Part shown: one piece after another, positions 1-14,012 of the stretch | Numbering within the stretch: the stretch's first letter is position 1 | Layout: each line of letters starts with the position of its first letter | The notes under the pieces: model-generated | The model's database searches: none | The model's input: the letters and a program-made list of their open reading frames with translations, nothing else | What the model was told of the DNA's origin: nothing | Made by a program: the position numbers and the translations under genes | Assembly: GCA_002633005.1 (NCBI GenBank) | Contig: NMRA01000311.1 | Coordinates: 259,839 to 323,838 of the forward strand | Direction: 5' to 3' | DNA length: 64,000 nt | From: Phoronis australis | Taxonomy: Eukaryota; Animalia; Phoronida

Positions 1-558
1 CCCCACGTACTCTTCACAGAATTGCCCTTCAGTTTTTATGACTTAATGGGCAAACATAACCACCAGATGTTGCTGTTTTTTTTATTCGTGTTAGAACTGT
101 AATTTGGCTTTCAAGCTGTGCAAACCCACTCTCTCAGTAACAAACTAGTATTTTTGATTTAGACCGCTTCATGTTTTTAAAGTCCATCTCAATTTCTCAC
201 GTACTTAGATTATAAGTGAAATCTTGGGATGATAAAATTACTATTCGTTTTAAGCTGATTTATTTAGAGTGGCCATTGCTGATGAGGAGTGGGGGAGAGG
301 TGTAAATGTCTCCATCAACCAAAAAAAATTCATTCAAAGTCTTTTTAGTACTGTACTGTATTATTTCTAGCGAAACATTAGATCTTAAAACTTCTAATGT
401 TTCACTAGAAATAATATAATACAAGACAAGAATACTGTTTCCTGGTCATGACAGCTGTTAAATCAGCGGAAATCACTGGTAAGGACTTTCTAGTGGCATC
501 ACAATTGTGATTACAGAATGGCTTGGCCACTTTACTATCCTGTTAATTCCCTGCATGG

Positions 559-1112
559 GGGATGGCTACTCAGCCTATGACCTTGAGGGATGGCTACTCA
601 GCCTATGAGCATTAGCGAAGGCCACTCAGCCTATGAGCATTAGGGAAGGCCACTCGGCCTATGAGCATTAGGAAAGGCCACTCAGCCTATGAGCATTAGG
701 AAAGGCCACTCAGCCTATGAGCATTAGGGAAGGCCACTCAGCCTATGAGCATTAGGGAAGGCTACTTAGCCTATGAGCATTAGGGAAGGCTACTCAGCCT
801 ATGAGCATGATGGAAGGCTATTCAGCCAATGAGCATTAGGGAAAGCTATTTAGCCTATGAGTATGAGGGAAGGCTATTCAGCCTATGAGCATTAGGGAAG
901 GCTACTCAGTGCATGAGCTTGAGGGAAGGCTACTCAGTCTATGAGCATGAGGGAAGGCTACTCCGTCTATGAGCATGAGGGAAGGCTACTCCGTCTATGA
1001 GCATTAGGGAAGGCTACTCAGCCTATGAGCATGAGAGAAGGCTATTCAGCCTGTGAGCATTAGGGAAGGCTACTCAGTTTATGAGCATGAGGGATGGCTA
1101 CTCGGCCTATGA
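559..1112. repeat. Minisatellite, 28-bp unit, about 20 copies
   Basis: (GGGAAGGCTACTCAGCCTATGAGCATTA)n. Confidence 0.95.
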
Positions 1113-1650
1113 ATTCAGCTTCTGCCTAGCCATCATGATGGAGAATTCTGGGTCATTTTTCTGATTACTTTTAGTCTATACTATAGTTTGGAAGGTTTTT
1201 CTGAAATGAAGATGGGAAAAAATGTTGTGAATGTCAAAAAGAATTAATATAGTTCTATTTATCGAACTTGACCAAAACATTTTGTACTCCTCCAAAAATG
1301 TGCTTTCAATGTTAATTTAGGCAGCACTTGACCTGAGCAACAAAAAGTTTTCACTGGTAATTCAGTTTATAATTCTACTTGCTTAATACAACTAAGCTAA
1401 ATATTATTGAGATAAGACCTTTATGTGAGAAATCGATTCCTGCTTTACTTGTAGTCTTATGTTACATTCCCTTGAGGCAAGGGTTACCTTGGCAACAGGT
1501 TGTGATGTATGAAATTAGTATCCACTTAAGACTTCCTGGGATATGTTAGAAGCTTTCATGATCAAGATAATAATCACCATATATAACAAATTTGATTATA
1601 CACAATTAACCTAAAGCTTGAGCCTAGTTCATGCATCACAGGTCCTTCTT

Positions 1651-2149
1651 TTAAGGTTATGTGGGACCCTTGAAAAATGGCCAAATTTGCCAAACTTTGT
1701 AATATCGTATCGCAGAAATGGCTGATGGGATTAATATGAGACACAATTCTACGCATTGTTGCCCAAAATGCTGTGAAGAATTGTTTTCAAAAAGTTCCAC
1801 TTTTGGATGAGGGGCAGTCAAAAAATATGATTTACACATATGGGATTTTTTTGTGAAAAAACTCAGCATTTTGAGATTTCATCTTGTGCATTTATGGTTT
1901 TGTTATTGTTACCATGGTTTTGTTATTGTTACCATGGTTTTGTTATTGTTACCATGGTTTTGTTATTGTTACCATGGTTTTGCTATGGATGTATCTTCAT
2001 TTTTTCTAAATTTTATTAAAAAACACGACCACGTTACCCAATCAATAGCGTATTGGTATTAGGTCAAAAATCAAATTTTACAGGCTTTCTGCATTCAGAA
2101 TAGTTTTACAGTTTTGTAGACAAGCTAACAAAGTACTCCATAACCTTAC
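1651..2149. mobile_element. Non-autonomous DNA element (Kolobok-like TTAA ends); related copy at about 46341-46790
   Basis: Ends TTAAGGTTATG / CATAACCTTA; internal blocks gaccc..gaaaaatggccaaat..aaatggctgat shared with the 46341 copy. Confidence 0.6.
1894..1988. repeat. Tandem repeat, 20-bp unit, about 4.5 copies
   Basis: (ATGGTTTTGTTATTGTTACC)n. Confidence 0.92.
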
Positions 2150-2906
2150 TTCATAAAAATTTGCTAAGTACATCATCTAAAGAAGTAGTAACTTAAAACT
2201 TTTACTTGTCAACATTTTTGTGCTGCAGAGGTGCCTTGACGGGTATTTATGGCACTATAGCCTGTTTATGTAGGGCCCAAGAAAAATGATCGGATTCATG
2301 TCAAATTTTCACGTACTATATGTTTTATACCCTGCTTTCTAAAACGCTGCTAGAGATCGTTTTTTAAAGCTCCTCTTTTGCATGAGGGGCTTTCTAGAAA
2401 CAGGTCTTTTTTGATTCTTAGGAAATAACCCAAAAGTTATATGAAATGAAATCAATGTGATATAATTTCAGAAAGTTGCAATAGCATGCAGCTTTGAGAT
2501 ATCGTTATACATTTATATCAGTGTATGCAGACTACTGCTTACAGAGCCATTTTCGTTTAGTTTTGAAGAAATTTGGCTAAATGGTTAGGACTTATAGGTA
2601 AGATCCTGCTTGAGCCTTAAGCCAGTGCAGAATGGAAAATGTGATTTTAGGAATTCATAATTATTGGTTTTGTTTGAAATGAAGAGCTTGTCATAAATTG
2701 TGAAGAATACAGTATACTATTTAAAGGAAAACTTGCAATAATATTTTGCTACAATTCAGGGTTCAGATGCTGGTTCTGTTTTTAAATTGCAAAACAATGT
2801 CTTCCAGCCAGCCAGAAACTTTGGCTTGATATAAAGCTGGAGAACTTAAGGGTATATTTACCAAAATTGTAACTCATTTACTGTAGTATGGTGTTGTTGC
2901 CAACAG

Positions 2907-3049
2907 GTGGCATGCAAGACTGGAACTATATCCACAGTAACTGTTTCGAAATCACTGTGGAGCTGTCATGCTGTAAATACCCGGGCACTTCGGCGCTGTC
3001 TACTGAGTGGGAAAATAACAGGGAGTCTCTTCTTAAGTTTATGGAACAG
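2907..3049 (+). CDS. CPD: CPD exon, repeat 1 C-terminal catalytic segment
   Basis: caacag|GT...GAACAG|gtaag; GGMQDWNYIHSNCFEITVELSCCKYP retains the catalytic Glu. Confidence 0.95.
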
Positions 3050-3604
3050 GTAAGTTGTGGTTTGCACTTAAGTGATTGGTGATTACCCTAACTAGTTTAT
3101 TTGGTATTGGCTATCTAAGAGTATTTAACTTTTGGAAGGTATAGCATTTGTTTTTGTTTTGAGGATTCAGACATTGTTTCCTATCAAGTAACAAATAGTT
3201 AGTTACCATGGCAACTTTGCATTATTTATCTTGTGTAGAATGTTCAAGGGAGGCCACTTTGTGTTGGGATCAAGTTGGAGAACTTAAATACATAGGAATA
3301 GCTGCTTATTCTAGACACCAACCATTTTCATTGGTAAATATTAAAAAGTGGAAATGATTGGCGGTGGGCACAATGTCATTACAATCTGTTCTTATTGGCT
3401 GGTACATAGCAATTATTATTAACTTCAAGTTGTATAAGCACATTAACTGATATCTAATATTTGAACTGTACTTGAATCAAGTTTCAAAACTTCCAAGTTA
3501 AATTGGTTCAACACCGTACCCAACTGCTCTACTTTCCAGTGTCTCCCTCTTTTGGTGGAGATGTAGTGTTCATTAAAGACTGACTTGCTACTCTATCACA
3601 CCAG

Positions 3605-3771
3605 GTACACATTGGCATCAAGGGGTTTGTGACAGATGGCGCCACCAACAAGGGACTGGACGCCACCATCATGGTGGATGGAATAAAACATAATGTGACC
3701 ACAGCACAATACGGAGACTACTGGCGCCTCCTAGTGCCCGGAACCTACAAGGTCACAGCCGTGGCTGATGG
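3605..3771 (+). CDS. CPD: CPD exon, repeat 1 transthyretin-like domain
   Basis: ccag|GTACAC...GATGG|gtaag; [11 protein letters not shown]...[17 protein letters not shown] (not in the ORF track). Confidence 0.95.
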
Positions 3772-4645
3772 GTAAGTTTTAGTGATAGATGCTGTTTTGT
3801 TATGAAAGGTAATGCTAATATGTGCTTTTTTCCTGTTTTCAAAGGCTCTCGATATTGTCTTGTATTTTTATGGAATTGTTGAAATTTTGACTGAATGTTG
3901 CTTGAAGATCAGATAGCTCCACAATGCAATTCATGTTAAAATAAGGTAAAATTTGTGTATCATTTAACGTTGTTGTGTTATTTTTAAAAATGATTTTCCA
4001 AATTTTTTGCCATCTTTTATCTCATGGTAGGCCCTTCTGAAAGTGAAATTGTTCCAAGAATTTTCTTATTAATTTCTTAACAAAACAGTGAACTAGGCCC
4101 ACATTAACTATTTTGATTTGACTTGGTCAATGTTTTTCATCGATAAGGGAATAAGACATATATTTATTTAAATTATTGTGTCAAATGGTCACAATTTTGT
4201 GTCTTATGGTCACCATTGGAAACGATATGTCAAGCAAATTATGTAGGAGCACTTCCCATGTTAGAGACAAGCGTTTGTATTGACTTCCTCACATGAGAAC
4301 GGATAATGCAAAATACACAAACTTCTAGTTGGAGCAAACAGAGCCAGTGGTACCAAATTGAGCTTGTGGCAGTAAAATTTGGCGTTTAAGCAATCAATGA
4401 ACTTGATCCATTTTTATCAGTTCTAATTAGGATAGCTAAATCGCCATGTTAAAAAGGGTTTGACCTTAAAACACGAGCCAAAAGAATGGTTTTCATAGAC
4501 AGTGCAGTGTGGGACTTCAGAGATATGTAAGAGTTACTTATTGCTTTGCTGACTAATGAGTTACTGTTTCCGTCTTGACCTGTTGCTTCTAAATGTGTTT
4601 TAGTAATAACGTGGTCACTTTACTGGCTGTAATCTGTTTTTCCAG

Positions 4646-5040
4646 TTACGAACCAGCAACACAGTCTGTAAAAGTAACGGACGGTTTGGCGACAGAAATT
4701 GACTTCAAGCTGAAGAAGATTGGCAGCCATTCAGCCTTCGAGGAAACTGTTACTACAGCAACGGTGCCAGAATCTACCCGTCCCAAGTCCAGTCAAAGTC
4801 CTCTGGTAAACTTAGTGAAACTCATCAACAAGTATTCAGACGCCGATCACCGCGCTAAACATTCCTTTGTTGAGCCGACTGAGTTCAAACATCACAACCA
4901 TAAAGACATGACAGCCTTTCTGAAGAAGTTCGCAAAAGACTGCAAGAAGATCACACGACTGTACTCCGTCGGCAAATCTGTCCAAGGACGGGATTTGTGG
5001 GTCCTTGAGATCACGGACAACCCCGGAACACATGAGCCGG
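4646..5040 (+). CDS. CPD: CPD exon, linker and start of repeat 2
   Basis: tccag|T TAC...GAGCCGG|gtaaat; FKHHNH...LYSVGKSVQGRDLWVLEITDNPGTHEPG. Confidence 0.95.
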
Positions 5041-5374
5041 GTAAATTTAACGGACATTTAAAAGTTTTGTGTGGGTTGATTGGGGTTTTGTTGATTACAG
5101 GACGTGTTTTTGGTTTTATCACATGGTATGTTAATATTTATGGTCAGAGACTGTTCCACGTTAATTATGAGATATGGGCCTTCATTCATAAACATTTTCA
5201 AATTTAACAACAAAGTCAACATCTGAGTTACTGAGTCATGTTGTCTTATGAAGGGGATATGAATTTTAAAGGTTTTTGTTTACAAGATTTTACATCGCTG
5301 ATGTCTTAAGGTGTACTCAAAATTGCGAATGCGGGTTCAGTCTTGTTTTTCAAGTGTTGTGCTGCATCCTACAG

Positions 5375-5566
5375 GTGAACCCGAGTTCAAGTACATTGGC
5401 AACATGCATGGTAATGAGGTCGTCGGCCGGGAAACGCTCCTGCTTCTCATACAGCTGCTGTGTGAGAACTACGGTAAAGATGACCTTGTGACCGAAATGA
5501 TTGACAACACACGAATCCACATCATGCCGTCGATGAATCCAGATGGCCACGAGGCATCGAAGGAAG
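5375..5566 (+). CDS. CPD: CPD exon, repeat 2 (zinc-binding HGNE)
   Basis: [19 protein letters not shown]...MPSMNPDG; acag| and |gtgag boundaries. Confidence 0.96.
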
Positions 5567-5671
5567 GTGAGTCATGCTTTGGGGTTCACCTGACTGCAGA
5601 AATTAGAAAGTTTTCAGAATCATGTTTACTAATTAAAGGGTTATTATTGGCGAGAAAAGGGATTGTCTGAG

Positions 5672-5752
5672 ATCAGCTTCAGCGTGGAATCGAACCACCA
5701 TCGTCTGCGTTAATTTTGTAGTCTAACACTCTGCTGAAGGAGCTAAGCCCCA
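5672..5752 (-). mobile_element. tRNA-like head, probably a SINE fragment
   Basis: Minus strand GGGCTTAGCTCCTTCAGCAGAG (A-box-like) and GGTTCGATTCC (B box); no intact cloverleaf. Confidence 0.4.
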
Positions 5753-7040
5753 CTCGATATGTGGCTGAATATTTAGCAAGCAAATGTCTGGAAGAGTTGT
5801 AATAAAATCACATACGGGTTTTGTTTTGGTTTTTTCAGCTCTTGTCTAAGCTCAGAACTTCAAGAAGTTTGTTCCATCTAGTAGTAATCCCCTAAATACT
5901 GTTATGCTGTAAAGCCAATAACGCTGTAAGGACACCGTCTCAGTGCTCATTTGCAGTCTTGGTTTCAGGCTTGTTTACTGGTTTGCATCAAATGTAGCAG
6001 GTCAAATGTTTTATCAAGTGTAATGTTGTCTGGTGTATAACATTTACCACAGCAGACGCCTTAGTTCAATCCTGACCTTGGCGCCGCACCAGATGTGGCC
6101 AAAGTAGAGTGTTGCCTTGGAAGGCGTATCTCATACAGGGGGCTGTGGAAGTGACTGCATGGCTTTAAGAAAAGCTTTAAATTTCTAGTCTCGTTTAATT
6201 CTGGTTATATGTTTTCTATTAATACCTTTTAGCTACAGGTCTTGGTGCAAAGTCATTGGTTGCCTTATTTCTTGCTGGTGGGTCATTGAAGTGCTTCTTT
6301 TCCAGTTTTGTTGTATTTTATTGTTATGGTCAAGACTGCATGTATTGGTTATTAGTAATTAACATAAAATACCTGTAAGATGAGGATACCGGAAGCACTC
6401 ACTGGTAATTTCATCAGTTCTGTTGTCATTCTTCCACATGAAGTATATTTAAGATCAACTTATATCTTCAACAGTCTAAATTGGCTTTGTATTAAGAGCA
6501 TAGGCGTCTTATGCAGTATATTGGCCAAAGGCATTTAGGGCTTGTTTCCCATATAGTTGCTATGGAATTCACTAAAGGCAAACTATGTCATGCTTGCCTG
6601 TTTATCAGACTTTAAAACAGTTTTCCTCCAAACATTTGAGGGTTGTCGAGGTTTGCAAAGCATTATTCTTAACAATGTGCAGTCCTAATCATCATTTAAA
6701 ATGAGTACAATTGTTCATCTTATGTTCAGGTTTTGTTCATTTTTGTTCATGCATTGTAGTTTAGGTGCATTGAAACGGCCCAATCTTTGTTTTTCTTTTT
6801 TCTACTCATGGTAATTGCCAGATAATTATTTGCAGTTAATGTACACTTGTTGCTACAGGCCGGCTGTGCCTTCTTGCCTTACTGATTTACAAAACTCATC
6901 ACCTTATTATCATCTTAAAGAAACTGTAACTAATCAGTTATTACCGTATTGCCTTTGTATGTGTAATTATTATTATTGCATAGAATCTCATTGAACATTG
7001 ATGATACTACTACTAATTGATTTCCTGTGTTCTCTCACAG

Positions 7041-7214
7041 GTGACGTTGAAAGCGTGGTCGGTCGTTCCAATGCCAACGGTGTCGATCTCAACCGTAATT
7101 TCCCTGACCTATTTCACAAGACCAGAGAGAACAGCGTTCAGGAACCAGAGACGAAACTAGTTATGGCATGGCTTGACCAGTATCCATTTGTACTGTCAGC
7201 CAACTTACATGGAG
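7041..7214 (+). CDS. CPD: CPD exon, repeat 2
   Basis: [16 protein letters not shown]...FVLSANLHG; cacag| and |gtgtgt boundaries. Confidence 0.96.
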
Positions 7215-7505
7215 GTGTGTGTTGCGCTAGATTCACCTATGTTAAATATGAGTATTACATTGCAAGGCCCTTGTTTTCCGTTTCTAGCCCCCAAGTTTCA
7301 TTTGGAGGATCTATCACCCATGGAGGGTTTGAGGAATCTAGATGTAAAGGAATACGGCATCATTATACTCTATGTATCCCACCTTCTGACCTATAAACAA
7401 AATTACAAAATTAAAATTAAAATATAAATATAAACTTTCTCTGCACCTGGATCAGTCTTAGGAGCAGCATGGCAGCATGCCCGCCATGTTTCCCCACCAA
7501 ATTCT

Positions 7506-7609
7506 GTTATTACACGGTAGTTATGTGTTATTACACGGTAGTTATGTGTTATTGCACGGTAGTTATGTGTTATTACATGGTAGTTATGTGTTATTACACG
7601 GTTGTTATC
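7506..7609. repeat. Tandem repeat, 21-bp unit, about 5 copies
   Basis: (GTTATTACACGGTAGTTATGT)n. Confidence 0.92.
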
Positions 7610-8471
7610 AATTATTTTATACTGATACGGTGTTTTAACTGAGAAAGGTGAAAACTATTTTCGGGGCACAGAAACACTCCACTTTTTCAAAAACATTGAA
7701 TAGATTATTTTAATTCAAAGTCCCCTAAACTTATATCTCTTTTTAATATTCTCTGCTTACAAGAATTTAAATATCTTCTCTGATGGTGTTACAATTGTTG
7801 ATGAGAAATGCAGTCCCAGTTAATTACATTCTACTGTTAATGAAATTATTGTAATTCAAAATTGGAAATGGTGGAGGCTGTTTAGCTCTGACTAACTGCA
7901 GTCACTGTATTACAGTAATTCTTAACCTATTTAGCATGCAATATGGCCGACAAGGGAAATTCTATTTTGTCTTATGTTTCCACTATGTTAAGAAAATTCA
8001 AGTCTATCACTAGCATGTTTTATCTTTAGATGTCAAAAACAACTTCTGGTAAATTTTCCATTATTTTCTGTAAAGTAATCGATCCTTGAAGAATGGAAAA
8101 ATAACAATTTGGCAATTATGTTTGTGCAAAATAAGTTGAGAATTACAATTATCTACCCAAACTAACAGTGAGAGCATATTTTTGCTTCATCACAATTTCT
8201 AACTTATCATTTTGGTTTTGTTTTATGCAACTTGTAGTGTTTGTTCATTGGTTAAAGACACAAACATCCTATTTTTGTCGTTAAGCCCTCATACCATTGT
8301 GGAACTCCCTACAAACAATTCCTAACAGAATTGTGAAGAACATTTATTTACATGAACTGTAAATGTAGTATGTGGAAGTTTCACATGATTCTGATCAGCT
8401 TTTACTGAGATGTGTTGTTCTCAAGTTAGTCAGATATTTCAAAGGTGCCACATAATTGTTGCTGGTTTTAG

Positions 8472-8581
8472 GGTCCCTGGTTGCCAACTACCCATATGAT
8501 GATAACCAGGCAGGTCACTCCGTCTACAGCAAGTCGCCGGATGACAAGACCTTCAGAGTGCTGGCTGAGGCGTATTCTCTG
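8472..8581 (+). CDS. CPD: CPD exon, repeat 2
   Basis: tttag|GG TCC; [36 protein letters not shown]|gtaat. Confidence 0.95.
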
Positions 8582-9803
8582 GTAATCATTGTCAATCAAT
8601 AATATTTAAATTGCTTTGCTTCTTAGTGTAACATATTCGTGATGTTTGCGTCAGTTGCTTTTTTAGACTTGTTTCTTAATCTTTTTACTGTTTTAAACTT
8701 ATTGTAAAGTGATTTATCAAGATATCCATTGGCAATACCACTCCCGTGTCTGTGACTACCTTATCCACTTCTGGGCAAACGACTTTTGATTAAAAACAGG
8801 CCCCTGGACTGTAGAGATGGATTTAGTAAATGATTTTCTAAATCAACAATTGTTGTACATTCATCAAGACATTGTACTTCAATTTTTGGAAATAATCAAG
8901 TTGAGCGTGAGAATCATCTTCAATTTATAAGTCATCGTTCATGAAACAAACACTTTTGGTTCACATTGAGATGTAAATTTGATTCTAATCTCTGGTTCAA
9001 TAGTATGTTCTAACCTTTCATTGAGAATACTTAGTAGTATCCCTGTATGTTTCTGTTTTGTGCTCAACTGGTGAGTTTGCGTCTCAGTATTAATTTTCTT
9101 TATGCCTCTCAGTTACCTGACAACAGTGACTGTGCAGAGCTTCAAGCACAAGCAGGTTGAGTTTAGTGGATCTCAAGACCCTCGCGGAAAACAACCTTCC
9201 CTTGTAGAATGGATATTCTGATTTTAATCACATAATTCAACACTCCAACTTTGCCAATCAATCACTTCAGTGGCGGCCAGTTTGCTAGGACAAGCGCTCG
9301 GTAGCATACTCGCAAAACATTAATTTTGCTTTTCACTTGCCATAGCTTTTGGAAGTCTTGTGAGATCTTGGTTGTCTTGTGAGAAGTTAGGTCTACGGAG
9401 CACTCTCCGGGTTTGTAATTTTGCCTGAGTCTTCTGATGAGTAGTCTGTGTTGTGTTGTGTCATTTACGTATGGCTATGATAAATCTCATTTCTACACAC
9501 ATTTGTGGACCACTTTGGGTTATGCAATTATGCAGCTTTACTGATTTTACATCGTAATATCCTTTTGTGGAACATTTTACCATTTTTGAAAGTGTGTGTG
9601 GTCAGTTTTGTATATTTTAGTTGATTTCCATTAGAATGAAATCAACAGCATCTCATCAACCGGAAGTGTGATGTATTGAGCAAGTTCTGAAAATGTGACC
9701 AGTAGTTTGCACACAGAGAGCTGTACAGACCCACCATCTTGCATGTGATCAGTTTGTTACTCTGTACACTGGTAGGTAATGCCTTATGTGTGGTGCCTTT
9801 CAG

Positions 9804-9906
9804 GCTCACTCCACAATGCACAAGGGTCACCCATGTGGCAACTTATACCAGGGCGAGTACTTCAAGGATGGCATCACCAACGGAGCTCAGTGGTACAGCG
9901 TGGCCG
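9804..9906 (+). CDS. CPD: CPD exon, repeat 2
   Basis: [11 protein letters not shown]...[15 protein letters not shown]|gtagg. Confidence 0.95.
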
Positions 9907-11442
9907 GTAGGTGGCGTCACAGTCTGCTCAATGCTAAAGGTCAAGTGAGGGACTGTTCTGCATACTGTTATGGCATCTTGTTTTTGTCCGCATTTTAATC
10001 TCGTAGCGCGTCGTTTGAGGCATGTCGGAAAGAAATCCTACAAGGTCCGCATAAACCGTTAAAAATGTTTAGCTGGCAATAAGCAAGATGGCGTGATAAA
10101 TTAAAAAGAAATAGCGATTTTCAACATCACTTAAGACGGACACTTATAATTTAATGTGTGCGTTATATACGATATAGTGCTTTACAACTATCAGATACAG
10201 TAATTCTCAATTTAATTTGCACTAATTTGCCATATTAATTTCTCAATGACTGATTACCTTTAGTAGATGTTGTTTCATGGCATTTACCAAATGCTAACCA
10301 TGTTTACAAAAGACCAAAATGTTCCTAATCTTCACTTTTGTGGAGAAATATGACAAAATTGAATTTCACTCGTCGTCCATATTGTGTGTTCAATAAATGG
10401 AGACTTACTGTATGCTGTACTTTCTATCATTGTGATAATGGCAGGAAAATGTGGTGGACCAGCAGGTTAATACCACAATTTACCCTCATCAAAGATTGGT
10501 TAAAATGGACCAGCACCTGAATAACAATAATTATACCTTCCTATTAGTATCCACCAGCTATGCAGTCTAGAGTGTTAGACTTGAGTTTTGTGCAATATTC
10601 TGAACAATGCCACATTGGGAACAGACCCCTGCAGAATCAAATGGTTTTCAAGCAAAACTTGATTCAAAATATTGATATTAGTGCAGCGTTTTTTGAGGAT
10701 ATGTTGAAACTCATGAACTTCATCAAAAGAAAAACTTACTTGAAATAGTGATAGAAAAAGACAAATTTTGACTTCAAATTTCAATGATTTATTTGCGAGA
10801 AGACATTTTTATTGCTTGGAAACTTAGTACTGTCTAGTTATTGTTGAATTTAATGTTACAGTTTGTAATTCTTACTGAAATGTTTGTTCTTCGTAGTTTA
10901 TTAGTGTTTAAGACTTTGGAGGACCTTTGTGTTTATTAAACAAATATCTACAAAACTATGGATTTCATCTCACTAATGAGCTGTAGATATTTTCTGAAAG
11001 TAGAGATCATGTAGAATTTGAGATTTTACATTTTACCAATCTGCCATCATTAGATCATGTGGCTGTGTCTTTTTAGTAAAACTTAGCAAAAAACATTTTT
11101 AGCAAAGCAACGGTATCAATAATGTGATCAAATTTTATTTGCTTTAAATATTGAAGATGAGATCTCAAAAATGTTGCTATAGTTTTTGAAAATGTCACTT
11201 AGTTCTTGTTAAATTTTTCATAAAAATCACAAAAGTCCTATCTTTGATAACCCCTCATGCAGAATTGGAAGATTTCCAAATTCCCATCAGTGTTTTGGAG
11301 AATAGCGCATAAAACATAACATCTGAAAGTTTTATATGAACACACGGATATTTCTGAGATGGGGTATTCCAAAGTTAGCCAAATTTGTACATTTTTCCGG
11401 GGTCTGAAGGGAAATGTAGCAACTTACGATTTGGTTGTGTAG

Positions 11443-11585
11443 GTGGGATGCAAGACTATAACTACGTGCACACCAACTGCTTTGAGATCACCGTGGAGAT
11501 GAGTTGTACTAAGTACCCTCTGACAAAGGACCTCAAGAAGTACTGGGAGGCCAACAAATACCCCCTGCTGGTCTACATGGGACAG
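11443..11585 (+). CDS. CPD: CPD exon, repeat 2 (catalytic Glu)
   Basis: GGMQDYNYVHTNCFEITVEMSCTKYP...YMGQ|gtgag. Confidence 0.96.
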
Positions 11586-12191
11586 GTGAGCCAACCAGGG
11601 GTGCTAAGGTGTTCTGCAACTTTTGAATATTGACTACCAAGAATTTTTAGCAGTGACACATTTTTACAGAGATGCTGGCAATTTGAAGTTGCACAATGGT
11701 TAAGTGGAATATCCTTTTGGTAACTTTCTCATTAAACAAATATCAAGACTTAGTTATTTCACATGTTTGTGAGCTTGATTTGTTCACCACAATGCTCAGT
11801 CGTCAATATTTGTATAAAATTTGCGTTGTTGTGACATTGTGCTAAGCCTTTGAAAAGTAGCAAAGCACCAATTTTGGCAATAGTGTTGCTCCATATTGAA
11901 GAGATTTGATGGAATGTCTAAACATCCTCTAATCAGGTGTTGTTTAATGTACTGTGGTGTCCAGTTGAACTTCTTTTAAATATATTAATAATAAACAATT
12001 ATATTTATTTATTAGAATGGTTATAATTCTTATTATTATTTTGTTTTAGGTGTTCCTATAATTTCTCTAATTTATCATTTCAAAGTTTTGTACTTGAATA
12101 AAGGCATTAATTGTTCTTACTGTTGTTAACATTTGTCGAATAATTCTTTCAAAAGATGCAATGTGTTAAGGTTTAAACAGTAAGTATTTAG

Positions 12192-12567
<376 letters not shown>

Positions 12568-12931
12568 GTGGCCAGTAATGCCTTAGTGGGCCTGTTGGGA
12601 ATACAGTGTTGTGATATTACATCAAGTAATGATTATTTATGTTAGTGTCTTTTGTAACTGTTTTGTAATTGCCAAAAAACAAAAAGTTCATTTTCTTGAA
12701 AGTTTGAGTCTTATAATATTGAAATTATATTTAAATATGGATGATTTCAATAAAACATCAACTCCAAAATGACCCATTAGCAGTTAGCTAAAAATTGATA
12801 TTTTGATGGTTTGACTGTTGATTAAAGCTGTCTGGAACGTAATCCTTGGTTAATCCATGCTTCAATGTGGCTTGCTGTGTTAATACTTGACTAATAAACT
12901 ATCATAATGGCATCAATTTGAATTACTTCAG

Positions 12932-13326
12932 GTACCAGAGTAAAGAACACAGTGTGGTAGTAACTGCCGGCGCCCCCACTCAGGTGAACTTCACGCTTCT
13001 CCAGCCACTTGGCATGTGGTCGGAACACAATGACTATGGGATCAAAGAGAATCTCGAGAGTGATAGTTACATGAAACTGGCAGACATAATTGCAGAGTTG
13101 GAGAGGCTTCAGAAAGAGAATCCAAACCTTCTGCGTCTTTCTAATGCCAGGCGCCGCCGTAGGTCGACAGCATCAGCAAACGGTGCAATGCCCGTGGTTC
13201 AGATGAGCAGAGATGTGGCATCGTACCCCAAGGTCAAGGCCCATGTGGTGATGATGGGCTGTCTAAATGGTGACGAGTCTGTCGGCAAGGAGATCTTGAT
13301 ACGGCTGATTCGCCACATTATTGAAG
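12932..13326 (+). CDS. CPD: CPD exon, start of degenerate repeat 3
   Basis: ttcag|G TAC...GAAG|gtaat; VNFTL, NARRRRRS, and MGCLNGDESVGKE in place of HGNE. Confidence 0.9.
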
Positions 13327-14012
13327 GTAATATGATCTTGTGTGAAGTTGTCACAAGGTAGCACTAGGTATGCTACTGTTCACGTAGATAAATATCTGCT
13401 TTCTGGTTATTCCTTGAAATCCTTATCTCACAAACGTTTCATGCAGGTGAATAAATTTCTGTTCTCACCCTGTTTTATTCTTTCGTAGTGCCACCTGGTG
13501 AGTGGAAGTTTCTTGCTGCTGTTGCAACTGATTGTATTTGTTCTTTGTCCTTATTGGTGATGTGATTTGGACTGATCGTGTACTAAGTACCACTGACCTG
13601 AACAGATGACAAGAATGTAACTCAGTAAATGGAGAAATTAATTTCACTTATGGGGCATTACTGTAATGTTTACTCAAATTTGAATGAAAGTAATGGCCAG
13701 AATTGTCTTTTTTATTTTACAAATGGCCATTGAATTGCCAAAAATGTTCAAAATTTTATTGAGTGTTAGTTGATGAGAGCCATTTATTATTATCTTGTTC
13801 AACAATTCAGTATTAAGTTTCTTGTTTAATTTTCTTGAAAGTTTTGATAAAACAAAATTTCACACTTGCCCAATATTGTGTTCTACCTTTAGGATATATG
13901 TCTGTATTGTAGTTAATATGTAGCTGTATGTGACTTGGTCATACACAGTAGTGTATTGCCATCATCCAGCTTGAATTGTCTTGCCCACTTACTAACCATG
14001 GCTGGGTTATGT

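Noticed and set aside
559-1112. Regular 28-bp repeats as a CRISPR array
   Set aside because: The units are contiguous with no unique spacers, the context is eukaryotic, and there are no cas genes. The same applies to 14013-14292 and 62091-62402.
5672-5752. Functional tRNA gene
   Set aside because: A B box is present, but the D-loop GG and acceptor stem are not intact; treated as a SINE-like fragment.
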